From Kondoa subrosea (taxonomy: Eukaryota), in contig BCIN01000004.1 of the NCBI GenBank assembly GCA_039545335.1, positions 424,925 to 488,924 on the forward strand: 64,000 bases of DNA, given 5' to 3'. Every line of letters starts with the position of its first letter. Positions within the stretch are counted from its first letter, which is position 1. Of the stretch, positions 1-12,240 are shown in pieces. Position numbers and translations under genes: made by a program. The notes under the pieces are model-generated. The model did not search any database. It saw only the letters and a list, made by a program, of their open reading frames with translations, and was not told the DNA's origin.

Positions 1-403
1 TGTCTTGAAGGTAATACGATTTATACAGTCTCACCTCTCCAAGCTCGGACGTTTGGAATATACACTCTCACAAGTGCTGGCATACGTGCTTTCGCGGCTT
101 ACGATATAACAAACAAAGCGTAAGCTCTTGTGTTTTCTTCCCTTCTGGCAGATCAGCTGACAGACTTCATCAATTACGCAGATGGTATATCTTGGTTTGG
201 CTGACTTATGCCCTTACACTGGTACACTACGCTTTGGAACTATTAGTCTTCAGGACATGCAAAGTGAACGCTGGTTTCTTGAGTCCTGTAATCGTAGGCG
301 GTAAGTACTCTCAGCTAGACAAGCAGGCGAAAACACTGACTCCGAAGTAGGGCTTTCCCTGCTATGGATGACTCAACAGTATGGGTTTTATGTCTCGACC
401 TAG
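1..403 (+). CDS. ERG28: Erg28 ergosterol biosynthesis scaffold protein (3' part, spliced, truncated by window start)
   Basis: Spliced translation gives ARTFGIYTLTSAGIRAFAAYDITNK...WLTYALTLVHYALELLVFRT...SPVIVG...LLWMTQQYGFYVST*, matching Erg28 motifs. Stop TAG at 401-403. Confidence 0.85.
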
Positions 404-873
404 GAGCTTGATTATATTCAACTTTCGACGACCTTCTCAATACGTGTCCCTCTATTTCTGCTTCATTCTCGCTTCGCTTCCTCGGATCATTCTGGTACAC
501 CTCTTTCAATTGCTGCACAAAGCTCGTTCCAGCTGAATTGATCGATTGGCCTGCTCTTGAACTCTCTGGTTGCTGTCGTCAGTGCCAATGTATACTGCTT
601 AGCCATTGATTGCGAGTTGATTTGTCAGGTGCCAAAGCTGACGGAAATTCGAAATGGGATATAATGGGATTTTCGTCAGCTACTTGTCATTAGTACTATA
701 TATCAGACGCTGTTGTGACTACCTAGCTCTTGCTAAGGGACTTTCACTTGAATAATTGCTTAGTCAGCTGAGTTCTCATTGCGTAATAAATATGTACTTG
801 CCTTGCTCTACCGTGGTCGACCACTTAACCAGTCACAGCACTTGACAAATCACTCTGAGCACAGTAGTATAAG

Positions 874-2507
874 ATGTTGGCAGCCAGTAACCCAGCGTAA
901 GCTGATATCTGCTTCGGAACTCCTGGCTGACCATGTGCACGTTATGACAGAGTCAAGTACGTGAACTTAGGCAAGAGCGGACTAAAAGTATCGCAGATCA
1001 TCCTCGTCAGCTATGCATTGACTCGCTGTATCTCGAAAGCTCAAACGATGTTATAACAGGGATGCATGAGCTGTCGGCTTTCTCTCGCCCTCTGAAACGG
1101 GCTTTTCTGACATCTTCTTCAGATGGCAGCTCAAGCTGGCGCAACTGGGTTCTAGACGAAGAGGAATCAATCAAGCATATTGAAGAAGCCTATAAACTTG
1201 GAATCAATACATTCGATACAGCCGATGCGTATTCAAGCGGAATGAGTGAGAAGGTCCTAGGCAATGCTTTAAAGAAGCTCCAGATCCCTCGTCAAGAAGT
1301 AGTGATCTTGTCCAAAGTCTACTTCGCAGTCGGTAAAACTGTTGAGACTAATGTCATGGGCAAAGTAAGCGTTATTCTACGGATCCATTGGCGGACTTAA
1401 TTCTGCCAGCAGAACGTCGAAAATGAAGGCTATGTCAAGTGAGTTCGTATCATCAAGTCTGGTTCTCAGCTGATGCAGATTAAAGCTTACAAGGTCTTTC
1501 GCGCAAGCATATCTTCGATGCAGTCAAGAACAGTCTGGAGAGACTGCAGACGGATTATATAGATCTGCTTCAGTGCCATCGCTTTGATCCCAACGTCTGC
1601 TCTTCCTTCGCTGACCTTCAACGTGCTGACTAACTCTAAAAATGTAGACACCCATTGAAGAGACCATGGAAGCACTCCATGATGTCGTCAAAGCTGGTCA
1701 TGTACGATACATTGGCATGAGCTCTTGCTATGCTTGGCAGTTCCAGCTGATGCAGAATTATGCGTTGAACAATCGTAAGATCCTTGTACTATGATGGAAG
1801 CTAGTCTGATCATTGCGTGTGACACAGGTTTGACGCCATTCGTATCGATGCAAAATCTGTACAATGTGAGCAAAGACCCTTTATCGAGCGAACGAAACTC
1901 ATCTTATGACAGGCGATGTAAATACTCAGCACGCGTCGATCCCATAAGCGCTGATATGTAATTGTAGCTACCGAGAAGAAGAGCGTGAAATGATGCCTAC
2001 CCTAGAACATTTCGGCGTAGGATGCATTCCTTGTCAGCTAAGCACTCTCTTTTGCACCTTAGATTACCTGACAAGCCAATAGGGAGTCCTCTTGCTCGCG
2101 GTTACTTAACAAGACCTCATACTTCCGAATCGACCAAACGTTTATCAAGCGATCCAATGGCATCCAAAATGGCCGGAGCTGAGAAAGCTTCCAACGAGAA
2201 GATCAACGAAGCTATTGAATCCATTGCAAAGACTAGAAACGTTTCTATGGCTCAGATTGCCTTGGCTTACGATTTGTCGAAACCTTTCATTACTGCTCCT
2301 ATTATTGGTTCGACGAAACTTGAGTCCATCAAGGATTTAGTGGAAGGTTGCAAGATCGAATTGACTGAGGAAGAAATCAGAGTAAGTTACCTGTGATCGC
2401 CGGTTAGGAATGGGACTGATCGAAAAGCATAGTCAATTGAGGAGCCTTACACTCCTAGAGCTGTCTTTGGTCTTGAACCCAGTTCGAAGGCTCGATCTAG
2501 GTTGTAG
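874..2507 (+). CDS. Aldo-keto reductase (aryl-alcohol dehydrogenase-like), multi-exon, C-terminal SRL
   Basis: Motifs [92 protein letters not shown]. The last exon ends ...KARSRL*. Confidence 0.93.
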
Positions 2508-2624
2508 ACGTATGATCAGCTATCGTCCTCTCAAAAGGTTTGGGGTGTCTGCCCCTGTCGCAAAGAGCAGTATGAAAAATGAACATGTCTTTTACAATGT
2601 GTACACCTCTAGAATTGGTCCTGA

Positions 2625-3531
2625 TCACGACGATGAAGCAGTTGAAATCTGTTCCGTCGCTTGGCCCTTTTTCGTTGCCTCTGCATCTGCGTCTCTACTG
2701 TTCTGCTTTGGTCTTGTTTGATCTTTCGCTTGCTTGCTTTCCGCGGCTTTCTCTTTCGCTAACCAAGCTTTGGGGAAATCTTTGAATGACACTTGTCGAC
2801 TTTTAGGTTTCTTACTTCTCTTCGCTCTCGTATGCCTGTCATCTACCGGAATATCATCTAGCGATAAACCAGGGTTCTGACTCTCCCAGTCAGGACACAT
2901 CAATCAGGCCATATGGTATCGAAAGGCTCACCTTAGCCTCCTTGATCAACCTGTCTAAAGTATCACTACACCACTTCGCGTTCTCTTCCCTCGAATCGAA
3001 TTTATCACAAGCAATCTTAAATTCATCCGTTGATGCATCCCATCTAGGACCAGCGAGTAACCTAAGCTTGTGCGTTTCTTGTTTATTGAGTTGAAGAGAA
3101 GGTAAAGACAGGGATAAGACTACTTTATGGTTTGCTGGATGAGGTTCGCCAAAGTAATCTTGAAGCCTTATTCGAACATTATGATCTGTTGAAGGTGGTT
3201 GAAATTTGTTTTGATATTCTGCATCGTTCTTCCCTCAGTATCTGGTCAGTGCTTATAAAGAAATAGAACACTAACGAGCAGCCAATTCAGGTAGTTGAAA
3301 CATAACCAATCTCGCATAATGCCTTCTCTGCCTTTCTGATTCCAATTGCAAGTGATAAGCCGTACTCCCGTCAATGACATTATTAGAAGTAGTATCCTTC
3401 ATCATCCCATTCAAATCAAAAGCAGGTTGATTGGTTTCATTGTAAGACAAGCGTCGTTCCCTCGAAGCCGGAGCTGCTCGAGCTCGTAAGGATGTACTGG
3501 CTTGTATTAAGCGGGTTGTAGTGCGTTGCAT
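2625..3531 (-). CDS. RSM24: Mitochondrial small ribosomal subunit protein mS35 (Rsm24 / MRP-S28 family)
   Basis: Arg/Thr/Ala-rich presequence-like N-terminus (MQRTTTRLIQ...), then RHYARLVMFQLPEL, DYFGEPHPANHKVVL, HKLRLLAGPRWD, FKIACDKFDSREENAKWCSDTLDRLIKEAK. Confidence 0.85.
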
Positions 3532-4382
3532 GGGATATCTACAGAAGGTTGCTGTTGCGGAACAAGATTGCATAAATTCCGAACAGAGTGCTGTTGTCCC
3601 GTATCGGTCTGCTTCTGCTCTGCTTTACTCTAGGTGTCTCCTCTCTCTGTCCTTCAGTCGAATTTCCTGGCATGCGTTCGTTTCCTCCTCCTTCCTCGCT
3701 GTGTCCAGCTCATAATGCTGTCTGCGGTAGACTGTACGGCTGATTGTATATCTTGCTACTTCTTCTCTCTTTCTCCTGTCCCTGATTATTGAGATAATCA
3801 GTCTGTCTGATTCCATTTGGAACAAATGGAGATTCCCCTTCCGTTGCTCCTTATATTGCAGAATGTCAAAAGGTGCTAGCTAAAGCAGGCTTGACATACA
3901 AAGTCAGCATCTTTTCCTCTCTCTCTCTCCTTTTATCGTGCTCATGTTCATTAGATACACGGCTATGGCACGAATGGTCAGTCTTTGCTCTGATAATACA
4001 CTGAAACTAACGCGATGTTATGTAATATTCAGTGGAAGGCGAATTCAGTCAAGTTTGCGCAGCTATAGAACAATGTCATCAAGCTGTTCATGCTCTAGGA
4101 GCTATCCGGATCGCAACAGATATCAGAATAGGCAGTACGTCCTCTATCTTCACTCTATCTGATCACACAAAGCTGATCAAGGAATAGCACGAACGGATAA
4201 ATCTGGTACTAATGAAGATAAAGTGAAATCCGTCGAGAAAATCTTGGCCGGCGAAAACCCAGAGATGAATCACAGCAACATGTATTGAGTATACCTAATT
4301 TCCTTTCTTTTACTTAATAAATAAACCTAGCATTTTACCAAATCGTTCTTGTAATATCATAAGCAGAAAAGTACTTAAGACT

Positions 4383-5405
4383 CTATATTGCCATCGTTCC
4401 GTTCGAAGCAGCAACTCCACGATTTCTGTTCCAGAAATTGAATCGACCACCTTGTGGAACCGGTTTCTCTCCATTAGCCATATAACCAGGTTCTTGAACT
4501 GATCTTCTGTTCCCGTTGTTTCTGGCTCTTCTTTCTTTCACTCCTCCGCAACAGATTGTAAGACTTGCAATAATCAAGGAAGCGACAGAAGCGGTTACGA
4601 GCCACATGGCGTTGGAAAGCTCTGCTGGACTACCTGGTAAGGCGTCATTGATTTCATGGCGAGCTTGAATAAAGAGAGCGAGATCGATAGCAAGGCCGCT
4701 GCAAGCATTTATTAGCTGTATTGTTTCGGTTACGATATTTAAACATACATAATGGTGATCAATAGAGCGAGGAAAGCAACAATGCTTCCAACGACATGGG
4801 TTGCGAAGGACTGAAGATATGGTTGAGCAAAGTACAGCAGACAATTTAGGCAGACTTACGTTGCAGACACCGAAAAGGAAAGCTACGAAAGCCAAAGCGC
4901 AAGCAATAGGGTGAAGAACCAAAGCATAAGTCAATCCTATCATTCGCTCATCAGAAACTGAATGAGAGAAGCACGAGAAGACACATACCATGACGGACAG
5001 CCGAGCCTATTCTTCCAACATCACCGCCAGCCTCCTGCAAGATATCTGCTAATCTATAACCAAGCGATTTCTTGGTACATTGATTACCAAGACAAGCTCC
5101 CTGTTGAAACGTCAAAGAACAGAACTGATTGAAAAGACGGTTTTGAGCTTACCCAACTTCCTATTCTTAGAGTAGAGCCGAAAACTTGAGCCTTGAGGAA
5201 AGCGATGTCATTAATGATAGGTGTGCCCAAGCTGACCAATAGGAGCATCTAATGTGAAAGGTGAGAAGAGTACTTCGAATGTGTGAATACAGCTCAACGA
5301 GGAAAGCTGCGAAAGCGAAGAAAGAGCCTGCAGTGTATGTCTAGTAAGGATTCCAAGCGGTTAAGAGCAAACACACTGACCTATTTTTCCCAACCCGAGT
5401 ACCAT
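4383..5405 (-). CDS. PalI/Rim9/SUR7-family membrane protein
   Basis: N-terminal TM segment (FAAFL..LLLVSLGTPIINDIAFLK), a Cys pair with ...CTKKSLGY, GLTYALVLHPIACALAFVAFL, LAIDLALF and AELSNAMWL. Four predicted TM segments. Confidence 0.82.
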
Positions 5406-6111
5406 TTTTGGTCTATAGATCTATGCAAACACAAGGAAAAGGGAAAAGTATTGCTTGCGCAATTCCAATAAACGAGCGAGAAAAGGGCAACACAGAAAAC
5501 AGAAACAGGAAGAGAGGCAGGACGGAAGAAAAACACCTTGAAGCACTGCCATGGAAGCACACTTCCATTCCAGTTGCGCTAACACCTGCCGTTCGACAGA
5601 TGTTTCAGACAGTTGTATACAGCATCCACAGTACTTGCAGAGAAGCACTGTCGTCGTATAGTAGCATAGCAAGTTGGCAGCACTCGATCTCGATCTCGAT
5701 ATTTTGCCCTGCCTCGACTTGAATTTTCAAGTTGACATGGATTCATCATGGAGGTCCTTCCATACGGTCTATTCATCACACATTCCGATGTCGACTCATA
5801 ACGATCTCTGACTCGATTGTAGCCATGGCTTTGATGGCTGTGTCCTTCGAAGCTTGATTTTACTTATGTACTACTACAGATGTGAACATGTTCAGTGCTA
5901 TCTCCATCGTTCGTGGACTGCTAGTATCAGTATGAAAGTTGACCTTGCTCCGAGCGCTCACAAATACTAGCTTGAAAAGCTAATGTAGACCTTTCCCTTT
6001 CGATTTTGCGAAGTATTCATACACTTCTTGCTCGCTCTTTCTCTTCTATTCTCTTCCCATGCTCTCGCTTTACTGTATTTCCTCAATTTCGTCAATCTTT
6101 GACCATCGATT

Positions 6112-6319
6112 ATGTCCCATATTCCTCCTCACGCTCCGTCTTGTCCGTCAACATCCAGTTAGCAAGCATTGCCTCGTTTCAACCCTTACTCTGATCGATT
6201 ACACTCAAGCATTTCCCCTTCAACACTGCCTGGGATGCACCTGCTTCCTCTTCTGCTTCGGCCAATGCTGCTCAACGAGATTGGCTGACTGCTACTATTG
6301 CTGGTGCCGCAGCAATTAG
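6112..6319 (+). CDS. Putative 51-aa Cys-rich microprotein (CYSTM-like), two exons
   Basis: ATG 6112 follows a pyrimidine tract. A 52-nt intron at 6158-6209 (GTTAGC...CTGAT...AAG) gives MSHIPPHAPSCPSTSTFPLQHCLGCTCFLFCFGQCCSTRLADCYYCWCRSN*. Confidence 0.4.
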
Positions 6320-6748
6320 AGCTCATCGCCTGAAGCAGGCCTAGCCCAATGTGCTATGTTTTTTTCTACTTGTATAGTCATGCTTTTTATTATATCGTTA
6401 GACATTCATCATGCCTCTTCTTGTACTACTATCAAATAGATTCCTTCGTACCAAATCGACTTCCTTCGCAGCTGACGCGCTAGCTAGCGACATGATTATA
6501 CCCTATTCTTGACTCAAAGACACTACCAGAGACACGCGAAACTTGAGTCTTAATCTAGATGAAATTTCAAGAGTGCTCGAGATCAAGATCGCAAAATGAA
6601 TGACTACGAATGAAATATGCATTGACGACGACTAATTAGTAAAGAGAATGTTATGTAAGAAGTTAATGGAAAAAGATAATCTAAAGAAAGCGCAACAACA
6701 ACCCTTCTTGCTTCCCCCCTACGCCATCAACCTAATCAACGAGAATGC

Positions 6749-8413
6749 CTATACCTTTACTACTGGTTCTTCAACCTTAGTAGCAACCACAGGTTCAGAA
6801 ACGACAGGCTCTGAAGCCAAGACGATGGGTTTGGCTTCTCCGAGTTGTTCAACCTTTGAAGTTTCTTCGACAATTGGAGCAGGTTCAGAGGTGGCAGGTT
6901 CAGAAGCGACGACAGCCGGAAGAGGAATAGCAGCTGGAGCTTCTTCAATAGTAGCCGGTTCAGTTGGTTTGACCTGTTGAAAGTATCAGGTCACTTCTAT
7001 AATGAGACTATAGAGGACTCACTTCAGAGGTGGAAGCAACGATTGGCTCTTCCTTGGTCTCTTCTTTCGATTCAACGACAGGTGCAGCAGTTTCCATCGG
7101 GTTCTCGGTCTTTTCCTTCTTTGGACTGTCCGTCAGACCGCATGGCTGAGCATATTGTAACATGCGCAAACAATCGTACTTCACTCACGACATGAAACCG
7201 AAAACGCGAGCGCTCAAACGACGACCAAGTTTAGCTTGCTTCTTTTTGTCCTCAGCCTTGACTTCTTCCTTCTTCTCGTCCTTCTTTACTTCTTCAGTCT
7301 TGACTGCTTCTAATGGCTTGGCAACTTCGTCAACCTGGACTTCTTCAGTCTTGTCAGCGACGACAGGAGCCTAAAAATTGCCGTCAGATAGATTCTGGTA
7401 CGCAAAGATAGTATCGGACAAACCTCAACGATAGCTTGAGCGGCTTCAGCATCGGTCTTGACTTCAGAAGTAGCAAGAGGTTCTTCGACCTGTGCTTGTC
7501 ATGAGTAAAATACCGACAAGAAAACGGGAAAACGCACCTTTGTTGTAGCGACTGCAGAATCATCAGGAGCAACCGCAGCTTCTTGCGCAACAACAGGAGC
7601 GGTCTCTTCAGTAGCAGGAGCTTCAGTAGTGGCCTGACACCAATCGAGAAATCAGCGACGATCGAAAATTATCAAAGGGAACAGAGCTCACCTTTACATC
7701 TTCAGATGACTTCTCCTTCTTGACCTTCTTATCAGAATCACCAAAGAAATTCTTGAGCTTGGCTAGAACACCAGGAGATTTGACTTTAGGTGAGCTAGGT
7801 TCAGGAGCAGGCTTCTCTTCCTCAACGACTGGAACGACACGGGTCTCTTCGACAACTGGAGCTTCTTCCTTTGGTGCTTCAACAACAGCCGGAGTAGGTT
7901 CGTCAGCTACTGTAGCAGTTTCTGGCAAAACTGGAGCAACAGATTCTTCCTTTGGAGTTTCCTTGACATCTTCCTTCTTCTCAGTCTGTTCAAGAACACA
8001 GATTAGGCCTGTCATATGCATATAGACTAGAGACAGGGAATTACCTTCTTGGACTTGAGAGCATTGGTCAATTGCGCAAAAGGTGAACGTTTAGGTGAAT
8101 CTTTGGCTTGTTCAGTCTTGATAGTAGTAGTAGTCTTTTCCTCAACAGGTGGAATGTTCTCAGCCTTTGTGAAGACTTTAATTTTACAAAGGTCAAAGCG
8201 TCTACTTAGAAAAAAGCATACCTCTACAACAGCTGGACCTGGACCTCCGGAAATCAAAGAACCAGCAGCGACTTCTTCAGTAGTAACAGGCTATTATTAC
8301 CCACGTGTAAGCATATGATCGATAAGAGATAATAGGAGAGGAGGTCTGCGAACCTTTTCCTCGACTGGCAAAGCAACGACAGGAGCTTGAGTGGATTCGA
8401 CTGCAGCAGACAT
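6749..8413 (-). CDS. Low-complexity Glu/Ala/Pro/Lys/Val-rich protein, probably intrinsically disordered, multi-exon
   Basis: Starts MSAAVESTQAPVVALPVEEK and continues through many short exons with biased codon usage. Short basic motifs SPFAQLTNALKSKK, SPGVLAKLKNFFG and KLGRRLSARVFGF. Ends ...EEPVVKV*. Confidence 0.8.
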
Positions 8414-9140
8414 GGTTTTGTATATAGTGTTATTATATGTGTGAGTTGAACTGTGAGAGCAATGAGATGAGCTTGGTGGTCGGAAGACAGAAACGAGCAA
8501 TGAAGCTAAGACTCCTTTAGAGCGGCAAAGCGAAAGACCAGCTGATCAAGGGCGAAGTGCACTTACAAAGAAAGTAAGGGTGAGTATTAGTGTAAGATAA
8601 CAAGAATGTGGTTGAAGAGCAAGAGCAAGAGGCAAAAACTCGAGACTTAAAGAGAGGGCCCAAGCTTTGGACCCAATCGAAATGCGAAAACACCTTCCAT
8701 TTCAAGGGGTATAGGGAAGGTGCATGCTGTCCTGTGCGTGAGTGAAGCTCTGTCATAGCTATTGTATTACAGGCAAGAACCTGTACTTGAGCATCTTGGT
8801 CGCGTTCCAGCATAGGGCGTGTTCAAGCGTGTTTGACCAATGACAATTTCGTTGAAGGCTCGAAATTGTATTAGTGCTGTCTTTTCCTGACGGAGCATTC
8901 GATGTTTCGATCCGCAACATGTAATAACAGCGATTCTCAAATGACCTCAACTGATGGACTCGCCAGCAATCATCTTCACTTTACTCTAACACTGAATCAC
9001 TTGACTGTAGCAACTTCACAAGAGTCAATATGTGATGAGACTTCGAACAGGAGTTTGCGGAAGCCATCGAGCAGAATCTCTTAGTGATAACCTGACAAAT
9101 GCATACCGATTTTCCCAACTACAACGTTGATCAGCAGCTT

Positions 9141-9952
9141 TCAGTGTTCTCTTAAAGCTGGAGGTGTCCATTCCTGGATGTAGCTTTCGTAAGAGTAGAG
9201 AGAACCAGGACGATCGTTGGTGTTGGTGCAAGTAGCCAAAGTTTCGTAACCCATTCTTGTGTGAACCATTGCGCTGGTATTGTAGCACCTGACGAGAATG
9301 GGTAGATTGTGCTGTACTCCGATATCTTCGACGAAGCGAAGCAAACTGGTAGCAATTCTGGACAGATACAGCAAATCAATATTTGGGGTCTTTGAGCGAT
9401 AGTGAAGTGATGGGCGTACCCTTTACGTTCGTAGTCTGGATGAACACCAACGCCCTTACGCATGATTCGACCTGGATTGTAGAATCTACCCAGGGACATT
9501 ATGGGACAATTGTCTCGCTGTGTAAAGACTCACTCTGTATACTTGCACAGATCGCGATTCTTCTTCCCTACTCGGTAAGTGTCGCTCGCACCAATTGGAG
9601 CTGTAATCCTTAAGTCAGCCAAAGTAATTCAGGATAAGGATTTGCTCACCGTCGATATCTAATTCCTGATCGTCGAGCCCATGTTTCGTATTACCCTCCT
9701 CATCAGGTAAAGCCCAATAAGCAAGTCCAACGATCTTCTCCTTCCCGTCTTCGTTGATCACAGCACAAACCATTGCTTCATTTGCGATATAAGTCTTGAA
9801 GGATTGTTCTTTCTGTTTGGCGAATAATCTTTATGTTGTAAGTAACCAGGACGAGTGAAGATATGACCAGGGATATTAGCGAAAGCTAGTGTATGCATAG
9901 CGGCCAAAGCTACTTCTTCACCATCTTTAGCCAATCGAATCGAAATGGACAT
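9141..9952 (-). CDS. GNAT-family N-acetyltransferase
   Basis: Starts MSISIRLAKDGEEVALAAMH. Spliced acetyl-CoA motif GVHPDYERKGIATSLLRFVE, then HTRMGYE near the C-terminus. Confidence 0.78.
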
Positions 9953-10390
9953 GATTGCCAATGCCAGCAAGAAGGCAGGAGAGAGACGAAACAAAAGACA
10001 ATCAAAATAAGAAGATGTTTTACGATTACTGTACCGCTAAGACTGTGTACAGTCACGAATAAGAAACCGATGCCATGCACCGCTCAAAAACGTAAAGTGT
10101 AGCATTAGAAGCATTCTATGCTCAGAAAGACAGGTTGTGTCTCGAATAAAGCAGAATATGCAGGACACAGCATGCAGTAATAGTAGAAGACGAAGCTCAG
10201 TGATGGATTGATGGATTATCGGATGGTAATGGCAGTGCGAGAAAGAGGTACCGACTTGCAAGTTTATCAATCAGCATGCCTCGGACAGAGTTAGTATGGC
10301 AAAGTCAATGATATATGAACAGACGACAAGGATACACCGAAACGAAATACAAATGATGCTACACAAACATTGAATACATGCAGAGACACT

Positions 10391-12030
10391 TTACACCCTC
10401 TTCCAAGCCGTTTGACGAGACATGTACAGACTGAGCAGAGCAGCAATACCAACACTGATAGCAGAAAGGATCATGATCGCGCGGAAGCATTGCGGACCAA
10501 TGCAGAGCTGAGAATGTTGTGAACGACCTTGCTGGTCGGAAAAGAAGGCGTATAATTCATTGAAGCTGGCCGCGACAGATCAGACAAGATGATATCAGAA
10601 GCTGAACAGGAACAACTCACAGCAATCCAGAAATCCCCGCGCAATTGGCTATACTGCCCCAATTTCGCCCAAAATCAGCTACGGACCATTTGTTTGCAGT
10701 GGCGCTTGGGCTGCGTATGATATCAACCCTTGTTCATTGACTTCTGAGTAGATGACTCACACCAAGGTAGAATAAGCTCCATTGGCTACTCCCGCTACCA
10801 AGCATAAGATGTATAAATGTCCAACTTCTTTCAACTTGCTGGCGGACGCCAAAACAGCCGCAAAGATCAAGCTCATTCCACTGAACAAGACCAATCTCGA
10901 CACCCTCTTCTTCCCTTCTGATCCAATAGTAGGGCAAACCATATCGCTCAATCCTCCTACGGCCATTCGAGCAACAGTATTGCAAAGAGCCATAACTTGA
11001 ACTAGACTGGTCCGCAGAGAAAGAGCTCGAGTAGTTTGATTTGTGGACTCGACAATGTTGCCTAAGGAACCTGCTAGCATTTCTACTGGACCAATAGCTA
11101 AAAAGAAGATTGCTCCAAGTTGCCAAGCAGCTCGAGATTTGAGGAAATCGCCGAAAGAAGAGGAAGTCGGAGTGGAAGATTTAGGTAAGAGTGCTGTTTC
11201 TTCGTCCGGTATTGTTTCAGCATCTTGCGAGGGAAGAAAGAAGTGGAAAGATAGAGCGCAGATGAGGTTAGCGACACCTGTAGCGATAGCCAGGAAGTAT
11301 AGGAAAGACACTGCTCGAAGTTCACGTTCTTCTTCGTGTTGAGTAGTGAAGAATGCGTAGGCGATTTGGGAAAGAAAGAGCGGTGATAGACCAAAGAGTG
11401 ACGAGGAGAAGCCGATTGCTAAGCCACTGTTCTTCGGCCATGTCTTGCATGCTGTTGTCAAAGCTGAGAAATATGAAGCTGTTGTTGCGATTCTAGCATG
11501 CATATCAGCCAGCGAACGCGCAGTTCCTACATTTACAACGCACCCAACAAGCACATAATAAGAAGCAAGGAAGAGCCAATTTTGCAGAGCCTTGCTTGCC
11601 AGCAGCATTAGATAGCTCGGTGGAATAGGAGCTGGGTCGTCGCCCTTCAATGATCTTGATAGCGAAAGCGACATAAGACCGTAGCCAACAGCAGACAGAA
11701 CAGCTGCTATAATCGACAGTCTACTCGAAGGTCAGATACACGTTCGATCAGATTGCTTCAAGCGCACAATGCTGGACCTCGTCTATCTGCTATTGAACCA
11801 GCAAACGCAGCTGTGACATATTGGGCTGAGGTTGCAAAGACGTAGATGGTATTCAGCTGCCTGAGATTGAGACCTAGAGCTTGCCGCAGGTGCGAAGAGA
11901 ATAGTGGAAAGCAGAGCAGGTTGCCAGCGATCGTGTTCTGAAGTACAATTGACAGTACTATAGCTCCATTGTGCAACCTGGGCTGCTTACGGGCTGGTAT
12001 CAGAGGTATATGGTATGTATGCTCTGTCAT
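10391..12030 (-). CDS. MCH1: MFS transporter, MCH1/nodulin-like family
   Basis: GSIADRRGPA, ASYFSALTTACKTWPKNSGLAIGFSSSLFGLSPLFLSQ, NTVARMAVGGLSD and multiple TM segments. Confidence 0.8.
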
Positions 12031-12240
12031 TGTTGCAGAACAACTTCCAATCTTGAGCGCGGAGTCAAGTTGACGCAAAGCCCTAAATCTCGGACGACAG
12101 TCAATGGCTAGAGGCGCACAAACAGAGGATACAGCATCACATCGATCATACATTGAATCACATCTTCACCTAAAATTCTTTACTTCACAAAGAGTCCTTG
12201 TACCGATGAGTCACCAGAGTCCTTCTTCCTCGTCTTGAAT

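Noticed and set aside
3625..4162. Short ORFs between RSM24 and the PalI gene
   Set aside because: No recognisable motifs or consistent exon chain. Most likely promoter or UTR sequence.
6648..8318. Plus-strand Ser/Thr/Gly-rich ORFs (for example 6648-6980, 7720-8025, 8049-8318)
   Set aside because: These are antisense shadows of the codon-biased low-complexity gene on the minus strand.
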